Under the pieces are notes generated by a model that did not search any database, had not been told where the DNA came from, and saw only the letters and a program-made list of their open reading frames with translations. Shown piece by piece: positions 52,692 to 59,994 of a DNA stretch of 64,000 nt. Numbering within the stretch: the first letter of the stretch is position 1; each line of letters starts with the position of its first letter. Both the position numbers and the translations under genes were made by a program. Origin of the DNA: Treponemataceae bacterium (GTDB lineage Bacteria; Spirochaetota; Spirochaetia; Treponematales; Rectinemataceae); the NCBI GenBank assembly GCA_963667725.2, contig CAXXHO010000005.1, positions 32,001 through 96,000 on the forward strand, in the 5' to 3' direction.

Positions 52692-54185
52692 TCAGGACGG
52701 CAACACAAGCTGCTGAAAACGTTCCTGGTTCTGAAACTCCTGTTTGGTCAGAATCGGGATCTCGTGCAACACCATGTTGACCGCAAATCGGTTCACCAGG
52801 TCGTTCTGCTGGTCCCTTGTGAGGTCATCGAAGCGGCCCACGTACTTCGCGGCGCGGATCCGGGCGTCGCGTAGCAAGGAACTGCGAGCCTCGGCAGTGA
52901 GTGACGCGATATACGCCTTCGCCTGCTCGTCGCGATATTCGACGTATCGGTTTTCAACTTCCAACTGCTTCGCGGCCACCGTGAATTCCGCATTTCGGCG
53001 GTCATGCTGCCCGTCCATTTCCCTTCGTCTCGGGGACGATACAAAGCTTGGCGGAGGCACGATGCCGTCGCGGATGAAGTTGACGTACATGCCCGCTGGA
53101 TTGTGGAATTTTCGCGGATTGCTCTGAATCAGCGAATCGACCCATTCGATCTGGCGTTCCACGTCCATGTCGTCCGGCAGCGCGAATAGCAGGCGCCGCG
53201 CCACCTTCTCGTGGACACCGCGTCCCGTCAAAGCTTTAACCAGATCGGAAAATCTGGAATCGGACAGCGTCGTGTCGTCCCTCTGGCGAACCCCAAGCCG
53301 CTTTGGCTCCTCGGTGAAGATCGGCCCGGCCGTCAGAACTAGTTTGAAGTCCAGGCCGTCGATGGTCGGGCAAAGCTCCCAGGCCGCCAAATAGCCCACT
53401 TGCTGCAATTCTGAGAGGCCAGGCGAGAACTGTTCCTTGGCCCGGGAGAACTGCTGCCAGATCTTCACGTTCAGGTGTTGGCAGAGGTCTCGGTAGCGCT
53501 TCTGGAAGGGTCTGTTGGACGCGTAGAACCAGATATACAGCAACGGCACCAGGTTCTTGGCGATATCGCTGCGCAATTGCTGGTAGTGCTCGAGAGAGAT
53601 CGGCAATACGTGGCCGTGGTTCAGGTTTTCGAGCTGCCAATCGCTCAGAAAGACGTAGTTTTGCTCGGCTTTCCGGCCGTCTGGTAGCTCCTCGCCCACC
53701 GTGTAGACCTTCTCGAACACATGAAAGCGGTCTTTCATGTAGCGCTTGTTCTTGGCGAAGTAGACCGCTCCCTCGGACTTGATGAGGGTTCCCGCCATGC
53801 GGTCAAGCCATTGATCTACTTCGGCATAGCGCTTTCCAGTGGGCTTCAGGCCTAATAGCCGAAGCAGTTGGTAGGTGGTGAAACCGATCGGGTTGGTCAC
53901 AGCCCCCTGCTTCTTCTTCAACTCCGCTACAACCAACTGAAACGCAAGGTACTTATCGAGATCTGCGGTTGTGGGAAGCCCTCTTGAGGTGGCGAGGATC
54001 GTGGCCTTGGCTTCCGTCTTGATCCCGTTCGGCAGATCCCGGGTGAAGGTGACAACTTTCTCCTGCTTGCGCTTCCCGGTGCTGGCGGATGGAGAGAAGA
54101 ACCCGAGGGAGTTCAGGTTCTTCTCGACGCGCACAATTCGCCTGGCGGGGGCTTGTGTGGTCGAGAGAGCCAGCATCTCCTGCAT
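52692..54185 (-). CDS. Plasmid replication initiator protein (RepA/TrfA-like)
   Basis: EKNLNSLGFF, LPTTADLDKYLA, IGFTTYQLLRLLG...RMAGTLI winged-helix pattern and C-terminal HNPAG. Iterons lie directly upstream. Confidence 0.75.
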   Translation of the reverse strand: MQEMLALSTTQAPARRIVRVEKNLNSLGFFSPSASTGKRKQEKVVTFTRDLPNGIKTEAKATILATSRGLPTTADLDKYLAFQLVVAELKKKQGAVTNPIGFTTYQLLRLLGLKPTGKRYAEVDQWLDRMAGTLIKSEGAVYFAKNKRYMKDRFHVFEKVYTVGEELPDGRKAEQNYVFLSDWQLENLNHGHVLPISLEHYQQLRSDIAKNLVPLLYIWFYASNRPFQKRYRDLCQHLNVKIWQQFSRAKEQFSPGLSELQQVGYLAAWELCPTIDGLDFKLVLTAGPIFTEEPKRLGVRQRDDTTLSDSRFSDLVKALTGRGVHEKVARRLLFALPDDMDVERQIEWVDSLIQSNPRKFHNPAGMYVNFIRDGIVPPPSFVSSPRRREMDGQHDRRNAEFTVAAKQLEVENRYVEYRDEQAKAYIASLTAEARSSLLRDARIRAAKYVGRFDDLTRDQQNDLVNRFAVNMVLHEIPILTKQEFQNQERFQQLVLPS

Positions 54186-54280
54186 TTCGAATGAAATGGT
54201 GTCATAGATGCTTTTTGCGATGCAACACTTAATCTAGGTCGTACGCGCGTGCTTGCCCGGGATAGCGTACGTACTGGAAT

Positions 54281-54579
54281 CGTGAAAGTTCATATTGAAA
54301 TAGCTAAAAACAGTCTGCAAAAAACTGTAGTTTGGCTAAACTGATTGAAAACAAAAGTCCAAATGGCTGTCTCATTCGCCTGAGGGACGAGAGACGCGCT
54401 TCAGAGGGACGATAGCACTTCGTTTGGGGTTCTATAGAAGTTCGTCTGTAACTCGATATTGCATTCGTCAGAGGGACGATTAAGATTTTCGTCAGAGGGA
54501 CGATTTACTGGCGGCTGGGGCGGCTAGGGGATATTCCTGGTAAGCCTAATGGTACGTATGACTTCGCCAGAGGGACGAT
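54281..54579. repeat. Putative iteron origin: 17-bp TTCGYCAGAGGGACGAT repeats plus adjacent AT-rich tract
   Basis: Copies with the GAGGGACGA core start at ~54375, 54397, 54464, 54488 and 54563. Degenerate copies at 54419 and 54441 keep the ~22-bp phase. A-rich stretch at 54281-54363. Confidence 0.8.
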
Positions 54580-54584
54580 ACGGA

Positions 54585-56027
54585 CTACTCCCCCGAGTCG
54601 TAGAGATCTTTCAGGCGCTGTTCCCTTTCGGCGCGGTCCCTTCGGTACATGGCGAAAGACTCGCCGGCGAAACACTTGGCTGTCTGAGCGATCAACAGGC
54701 CCACCGGGTTGTGTACACCGCGAAGACGGGAGATACGGTGTGCCTGCATGGCCCCCAGTTCGGCGATCTCCTCTTCGGTGGCATCCGGGGCGGCCTGGCG
54801 GCAGCTTCGAACGAGGGTTTGAAGAGCGTCGTCGTCGACAAATCCGAATTCGCGGATGATTGCTGCGGCCACGACCGCGGGTGCCGACGACGGGGTGTTC
54901 CCTTCCCCTTTTCCTGAGTTGGTATTCCTTATAAGGACGGGAGCGGGTGAATCACCCAGGGGTATTTCAGGTTGTTGACCCATGGGCAGTTCAGGTGGTT
55001 CACCCATGGGTAGATCGTCAAACTCCGTGTATTCACCCATGGGCGAATGACCCGCGGGCGAGTCAGCCAGGAGCGTTTGAACGGTCGCAAGGTCAACGAA
55101 CCGCACAGCCCGTGTTCTGACGACCCAGACCAAGCCGGCGCTCTTCCTCCGCTCCAGGATTTGGGTGAAGTTGTAGACCCGGTATCGAGTGGGCTGAGCA
55201 AGGCGATAGTCCGGTTGGCGGACGATCTCGATGGCGAGTTTCTCCTGGAGAGACTGGATCAGGCGCTTGGCATGTTTGTGGTCCGTGGCGAGAAGGCCGC
55301 AGAGCTGGCTCAAGCTGACATCGACGACACGGGCGCCAGAGACGTCCGGTTGACCGTGGTTCTTGGCGAACGTCCATAAAGTCTGGTAGGTGACCTGTTC
55401 GCTGCTGGTGTGGGCATCCTGGACGGTTCGGCAGTAGCGAAGCGGGCGCTTGCCGCGACCTTCGACGTCCATGTACGGAATGCCGAAACGACCCGCGGGT
55501 GAAAAACCCATGGGTGTTTGACCAACAGGTTTTTCGTCCGTGGGACGATAAGTGTTTTCAACCTCAATGGAGGCAGCCGCGGCTGATTGACCCGTGGGTG
55601 ATTCGCCCGTGTATCGTTCGTCCATGGGACGATAGCCCACGGGTGTATCGGCCATGGGTCTTTCAACTACGAGTGATTGACCCACGGGTTGTTCAGTTGC
55701 TTCGCTCCCTGCCGGAACCTCAGGTGAATCAACCACGGGTGGTTGATCCTCGGGCTTTTGATCCGAGGGTGTTTGACCCATGGGTGGTTCACTTTTACTG
55801 TTTTCAACCTCTTCGACTGGCGCCGGCACTTCCACCGATGGGGCAGGGAAGGGAACGACTGCGGCCGCGGCCTCAACCTCGGCCCGCTTTTCGAGCATCC
55901 GCGACTTTTCAACCGGGGAGACTTCGAGAAACGACAGCATCCCCCGAAAGCCCGGATCCCGGGCGATTTCGTCAATGTCGAGCGGACCCTGGGGAGCCTT
56001 AGACCGTCTCCGCGTGTTTGACGCCAT
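54585..56027 (-). CDS. ParA-coupled winged-helix DNA-binding protein with xPMGx repeat linkers
   Basis: Overlaps the parA stop. Central SEQVTYQTLW...VSLSQLCGLLATDHKHAKRLIQSLQEKLAIEIV...TRYRV wHTH. C-terminal HNPVG helical domain. No ParB GxRR motif is visible. Confidence 0.7.
   Translation of the reverse strand: MASNTRRRSKAPQGPLDIDEIARDPGFRGMLSFLEVSPVEKSRMLEKRAEVEAAAAVVPFPAPSVEVPAPVEEVENSKSEPPMGQTPSDQKPEDQPPVVDSPEVPAGSEATEQPVGQSLVVERPMADTPVGYRPMDERYTGESPTGQSAAAASIEVENTYRPTDEKPVGQTPMGFSPAGRFGIPYMDVEGRGKRPLRYCRTVQDAHTSSEQVTYQTLWTFAKNHGQPDVSGARVVDVSLSQLCGLLATDHKHAKRLIQSLQEKLAIEIVRQPDYRLAQPTRYRVYNFTQILERRKSAGLVWVVRTRAVRFVDLATVQTLLADSPAGHSPMGEYTEFDDLPMGEPPELPMGQQPEIPLGDSPAPVLIRNTNSGKGEGNTPSSAPAVVAAAIIREFGFVDDDALQTLVRSCRQAAPDATEEEIAELGAMQAHRISRLRGVHNPVGLLIAQTAKCFAGESFAMYRRDRAEREQRLKDLYDSGE
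54954..55074. repeat. Palindrome array 1 (ACCCATGGGT-like, 5-6 copies)
   Basis: Copies at 54954, 54978, 55002, 55035, 55050 and a weak one at 55065. Confidence 0.85.
55491..55785. repeat. Palindrome array 2 (ACCCATGGGT-like, ~17 copies in 15-bp phase)
   Basis: Three runs of 15-bp spacing: 55491/506/521/536; 55575/590/605/620/635/650/665/680; 55716/731/746/761/776. Confidence 0.88.
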
Positions 56028-56796
56028 CTTCGTCTCCGAGTCTTTGCCTCAGATCCACAGCCAGACTCCGATAGTCCTCCAGCGCGCGGGATTTCGGATC
56101 GAAATCCTGCAGGAACTGGCGCTGCCTGCCGGCCTTCACCACGCTGCTATCCGTGCGGATGAGCGGGAGCACGGGTACCTGATACTGCGCCGTGATGCTA
56201 TCGAGCGTCTCCAGAATCGTGCTGGTCATCTGCATTCGCCGATCGACCATCACCGGGAGGGTACCGATGGTGCGGATGACACTCTTATCCTTATGAAAGA
56301 AGTGGTTCAGGCTGGTGGCCGCATTGATTGACGCAAGCGCACCCTGAATGCTGAGGGTTTCCATCCCCACCGGCACCAGGACGTCACGGGTGTACATCAT
56401 GGCGCACGCCTGGAACAAGCCGATCGATGGGGCAACATCAATCAGCACAATGTCATACGGCGCTTCGTTCTGGCTGAAGGAGTGAATGAAGGCGTGCTCC
56501 CGCGCCATCTGGGTCGAGATGATGTCTTCGGCGCGGTTGGTGTCGCGGCTGGAAGCCAGCAGGTCGATATTCGGGTGCAGGGGCGTCAGGCAATCCTTGA
56601 AGGCGTAGCCGTTGACCAGGTAGTCGAACAAGAAGAGCGTCGGCTTGGCGCCGATCAGGGAATGGACGGAGGCCTGAGGGTCGGTATCGATCAGCAGGAC
56701 CTTAAGACCGTCATCGGCCCAGCACCGGGCCAGAGTCAGCGCCGTGGTCGTCTTGGCAACGCCACCTCGTTGATTTGAAATGGTTAAACGGATCAT
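55999..56796 (-). CDS. parA: ParA/Soj-family ATPase
   Basis: ISNQRGGVAKTTT, LLIDTDPQ, YDIVLIDVAPS, VLVPV and IRTDSSVVKA. Confidence 0.9.
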   Translation of the reverse strand: MIRLTISNQRGGVAKTTTALTLARCWADDGLKVLLIDTDPQASVHSLIGAKPTLFLFDYLVNGYAFKDCLTPLHPNIDLLASSRDTNRAEDIISTQMAREHAFIHSFSQNEAPYDIVLIDVAPSIGLFQACAMMYTRDVLVPVGMETLSIQGALASINAATSLNHFFHKDKSVIRTIGTLPVMVDRRMQMTSTILETLDSITAQYQVPVLPLIRTDSSVVKAGRQRQFLQDFDPKSRALEDYRSLAVDLRQRLGDEDGVKHAETV

Positions 56797-57026
56797 GATG
56801 CCCTCGCTTGACGGGCCGCTTCCAACTGCTCGCGAGCCGCTTCGATATCGGTTGGGCGCCACCAGCGTCTTCGAGTCCCTTCCAAGGGAGCAGGCGGCGC
56901 AATCGTACCATCCTTCAATTTTCTGAACAATGTCATGCGGGAAATCTGAAGCTGCCGAGCCGCAAGATCATCGCTGACAGCATTTACCAGACGTGGCACG
57001 GCCCTTGACCGCTTTCGGCTTGGCAT
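56793..57026 (-). CDS. Small MerR/AlpA-like HTH protein, translationally coupled to parA
   Basis: AARQLQISRMTLFRKLKDGTIAPP...RRWWRPTDI. ATGA overlap with parA at 56793-56796. Confidence 0.75.
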   Translation of the reverse strand: MPSRKRSRAVPRLVNAVSDDLAARQLQISRMTLFRKLKDGTIAPPAPLEGTRRRWWRPTDIEAAREQLEAARQARAS

Positions 57027-57032
57027 GTTTAG

Positions 57033-57068
57033 AACATATCCGATGTCAGATGTTTCCGTCAACGGAAA
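57033..57068 (-). promoter_or_regulatory. par operon promoter with inverted-repeat operator
   Basis: TTGACG-18 nt-TATGTT, ending 6 nt before ATG 57026. TTTCCGT-ca-ACGGAAA at 57053-57068 overlaps the -35 box. Confidence 0.5.
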
Positions 57069-57152
57069 ACCGAGGTTATGCGGGCAGATTTTGTAACAAC
57101 GGGGCAAATCAGCAAGAATTGTAGCAGTGAGGTCAGGCGCAGGTCCGGGCGG

Positions 57153-57497
57153 CTATCCGGGGAACAGATCCATTTGCTGCAATTCTCGGGGGAGAAGCCG
57201 CACCGGGACGGCCGCGAGCTCGAGGTCGCGTGAAAGCCAGAGTTGGCCGCGGCGATAGGCCAGAGTCCTCCTGGTGACAGCAACTCGCTGGGTGGTGTCA
57301 TGGCGGGAATGGCAGCTCGGGCAGAGCACGGCGAGATGAAAACGGTCCGCCGGGTCGTGAGAAAGGTGGGCGATGTTCAACATGCGGTGCGGACGATGGC
57401 AGGCTTCGCAGCGATTCCCGGCGCTTTGAATCAACTCGACCCGAAGGCGGCGCCAGTCGGCACGATAAAAGCGGCGGTACTCGGCACGAATCGGCAT
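57153..57497 (-). CDS. HNH-like Zn-finger protein
   Basis: RCEAC...LNIAHLSHDP...LCPSCHSRHD. Confidence 0.75.
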   Translation of the reverse strand: MPIRAEYRRFYRADWRRLRVELIQSAGNRCEACHRPHRMLNIAHLSHDPADRFHLAVLCPSCHSRHDTTQRVAVTRRTLAYRRGQLWLSRDLELAAVPVRLLPRELQQMDLFPG

Positions 57498-57586
57498 GGC
57501 AGCGGCGAACCGCCCCGCAGCTATCTGCTGCGAGGCTTCCGTTATGATAATGCCTCACGACGCCAGGTGCGCCACAATAGCAAGAG

Positions 57587-58465
57587 ATGACCGACCTGGA
57601 CCGAGCAGAGTCCTCCGAACCTGAACTGGCGCTAATGCACGCGAGCTCAGACGGTCAGCTTGTGGAGATCTGGCTCCACGGCCGCTCACCGCATACGCAG
57701 CGGGCTTACGCCGCGGATGTCGCACGCTTTGCGGGTAGGGCGGGGAAGCCTTTGCGCGCGGTGACACTCGTCGACTTGCAGAGTTTTGCAGATAGTCTCG
57801 CCGATCTGGCGCCGGCCAGCCGCTATCGAACGCTTTCGACCATCAAATCGCTTCTCGCGTTCGGTCACCGCATCGGCTATCTGCCATTCGATGTAGGTCG
57901 GGCGCTTCGGTTGCCGGCGGTGCGAAACCGTCTGGCGGAACGGATCCTGCCGGAGGCGGATGTCCACCGCATCTTGAGCCTGGAGCCGAATATCCGGAAT
58001 CGCGCGATTCTGACGCTTCTCTACGCGTCCGGCGTGCGGGTCAGCGAACTGTGCGGCCTGTGCTGGCGCGACGTTCAGGGGAATGGAGATGGCGCGCAGG
58101 TCACCGTTTTCGGTAAAGGCGGAAAGACCCGTGCGGTGCAACTGCCGGAATCGGTTGCCGGATTTCTGAACAAGCTGCGCGGGAAGGCGGGTGACGACGA
58201 CCCTGTGTTCCGCTCGCGGAGGCACGGCCAGGCTCTAACGCCAGTAGCGGTGCTTCGCGTGGTGCGCCATGCGGCACAGCGCGCTGGCATCGAGCTTCCC
58301 GTATCCCCGCACTGGCTGCGCCACGCGCACGCATCGCATGCGCTCGATCGCGGTGCGCCCATACATCTCGTGCAAGCCACGTTGGGCCATGCGTCGATTA
58401 CCACTACCGGCCGCTACCTGCATGCGAGGCCGAAAGACAGCTCGTCCAGATTTCTGGCCATTTAG
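57587..58465 (+). CDS. Tyrosine recombinase (XerD-like, probable multimer resolvase)
   Basis: SGVRVSEL, GKGGK, SPHWLRHAHASHAL and LGHASITTTGRY catalytic motifs. Confidence 0.92.
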   Translation: MTDLDRAESSEPELALMHASSDGQLVEIWLHGRSPHTQRAYAADVARFAGRAGKPLRAVTLVDLQSFADSLADLAPASRYRTLSTIKSLLAFGHRIGYLPFDVGRALRLPAVRNRLAERILPEADVHRILSLEPNIRNRAILTLLYASGVRVSELCGLCWRDVQGNGDGAQVTVFGKGGKTRAVQLPESVAGFLNKLRGKAGDDDPVFRSRRHGQALTPVAVLRVVRHAAQRAGIELPVSPHWLRHAHASHALDRGAPIHLVQATLGHASITTTGRYLHARPKDSSSRFLAI

Positions 58466-58501
58466 GGCATGCTCACTTCTGCGCTGCCGGGCAAGGGCAG
58501 A

Positions 58502-58912
58502 TCACAGAAACGCGGCTGCCGAGAGATGGAAAAACTGGGCCAGTTTCCGGATGTGCGCTTTGCTCGGTTCGCGCTTGCCCGCCAGTACATCCGAGGCGAC
58601 GCTCCGGCTCCCGAAAATCGGAAGCAGATCAACCTGCCGAAGCTTGCGCTGTTCCATCAGGTAGGCGATCAGCCTATGCGGCGGAACGGCCGGCATCTCG
58701 AAGCTTTCATCGTACTCTTTGATCAGATGTTCCAGCAGGGTCCGCAGGACTTCTTCTTCGGCGCGCAGGCGTTGGCCATTGACTTCGCGACGGTCCAGTT
58801 CTTCCATCAGGGCGACGCAGCGATCGAATTCCTTGCGGGTTTCGATGATTTTCGGCTGGGCCTTCGCGAGCAACTTCCCGTACTTGATCGGGCTGATATC
58901 GGCTATGGCCAT
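58502..58912 (-). CDS. higA: HigA-type HTH antitoxin
   Basis: LMEQRKLRQVDL...SRSVASDVLAGKREPSKAHIRKLAQFFHLS. Start at ATG 58912. Confidence 0.88.
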   Translation of the reverse strand: MAIADISPIKYGKLLAKAQPKIIETRKEFDRCVALMEELDRREVNGQRLRAEEEVLRTLLEHLIKEYDESFEMPAVPPHRLIAYLMEQRKLRQVDLLPIFGSRSVASDVLAGKREPSKAHIRKLAQFFHLSAAAFL

Positions 58913-59202
58913 CTTGTTCGCCACTCCCCTCTGTCCTGTTCTTTGTGAGTCAGCAGCGCCTTGACGTATAGCTTGCGGCGGGAGAAGACCGGGTCCACAA
59001 TCAGCCGGTAGCGATTCTGCCGGATATTGAACACGAGCAACCCTTTGACCAGGTCGACATCCGGAAACGTTGCGCGCACATCGTTCAGGCTGGACCAAGC
59101 CGCCGCCTTTACCGTGTGGTACCAGGAGTGCGCATCAGCCTGGACGTCCTGCGATCTTCCCTTCAGCATGTCCGTCAAACCCGGCTTGCTGATCACGTTC
59201 AC
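58903..59202 (-). CDS. higB: HigB-type mRNA interferase toxin
   Basis: MNVIS...W...VKAAAWSS..DVRATFP...VFNIRQNRYRLI...LTHKEQDR. Toxin-first gene order. Confidence 0.88.
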   Translation of the reverse strand: MNVISKPGLTDMLKGRSQDVQADAHSWYHTVKAAAWSSLNDVRATFPDVDLVKGLLVFNIRQNRYRLIVDPVFSRRKLYVKALLTHKEQDRGEWRTRWP

Positions 59203-59342
59203 AACCCGATGTTAGCAGAACGCGAACCGACATAAGAAACGGGGGCGTGCGGATTGCACTGCCGTGAAAAGGCCGTTCTTGTCCAAGGCAGGCAATTGCA
59301 GGCTGAAGCAAGAAAGTGCCCTCCTATATCTCCAAAGGGAGA

Positions 59343-59371
59343 TTGACAAGCGCGGCATAGGTTGGCACTAT
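59343..59371 (+). promoter_or_regulatory. sigma70-like promoter
   Basis: TTGACA-17 nt-CACTAT with TG just upstream of the -10 (extended -10). Confidence 0.65.
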
Positions 59372-59377
59372 GTGTGT

Positions 59378-59745
59378 ACGATCGTTAACGTCGAACAGAT
59401 GTAAACGACTCGAACATCAAGATACAAGATCCGCAGTCAGGTTCTGAAGATCGGAAACGAGCCGGGTCCTTTCCAGCGCACTCGGCCGAAATCATCTGAT
59501 CAGAACCGGTAGACCAGGCGGAGGTCATTGTAAGTCCTTAAGAAATGATGGAAAGGGGCTCACAGAGCGCCAGCTATACCCGAGTGGGTGCAGTGAGTGA
59601 GCGACCTCCACTAATACCATCCCTATTCGAGATGTATTCCTAGGCAAATAACAGCCATACGCCGCTCGCGCCAACCGGCTGTTGGGCTATTTCCGCATTC
59701 CAGCACGACCAATGTCATGCCGTCTCAAACGGTCGTCGTTCACAG
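59378..59745 (+). ncRNA. Candidate structured leader RNA (family unassigned)
   Basis: Many nested stems found by eye, a GAAA tetraloop hairpin, and an 8-bp loop-to-junction pairing CCTTTCCA/TGGAAAGG. No convincing ORF. Confidence 0.4.
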
Positions 59746-59994
59746 ATGAAGCCCAAAGCACGTAAGCGCATCGTCGCGTTCCGGGTAACCGAAGACGACT
59801 ACGAAAAGCTGAGGGCGGCTTCTGGAGAAGACGGTACGCGTGTTTCCGAGTTAGCCCGCGAAGGGGCTCTCCGCTTCGCCAACACGCCAACTCCAGGCAA
59901 GTCAGTTGAGGGCAAGCTTGACAAGCTGGACCAAAAACTCGACCAGGTGCTCGAAATCCTGCAAGCGGATGAACCTCCGGATCCAGATTTGTAA
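59746..59994 (+). CDS. Ribbon-helix-helix (CopG/MobC-like) small regulator
   Basis: RIVAFRVTEDDYEKLRAAS...VSELAREGAL followed by a coiled-coil tail. Confidence 0.7.
   Translation: MKPKARKRIVAFRVTEDDYEKLRAASGEDGTRVSELAREGALRFANTPTPGKSVEGKLDKLDQKLDQVLEILQADEPPDPDL

Noticed and set aside
54954..55785. Palindromic repeats as a CRISPR array
   Set aside because: The units are 10 bp with ~5-bp spacers, lie inside a CDS, and no cas genes are present.
55310..56002. Alternative-frame ORFs with repeated HPWV/DPWV peptides (55310-55666, 55499-56002, 55667-55975)
   Set aside because: These are by-products of 15-bp palindromic repeats read in other frames or on the other strand. The 480-aa frame carries the folded domains and the parA overlap.
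56793..58465. Prophage interpretation (integrase, excisionase-like HTH, HNH)
   Set aside because: There are no structural, terminase or lysis genes and no att/tRNA site. The recombinase lacks an arm-binding extension, and the context is a plasmid backbone.
57060..59240. dif/res-like half sites near the recombinase (GGTTATGCGG ~57074, CCGACATAAG ~59227)
   Set aside because: I could not build a convincing two-arm site or a repeated pair, so no recombination site is called.
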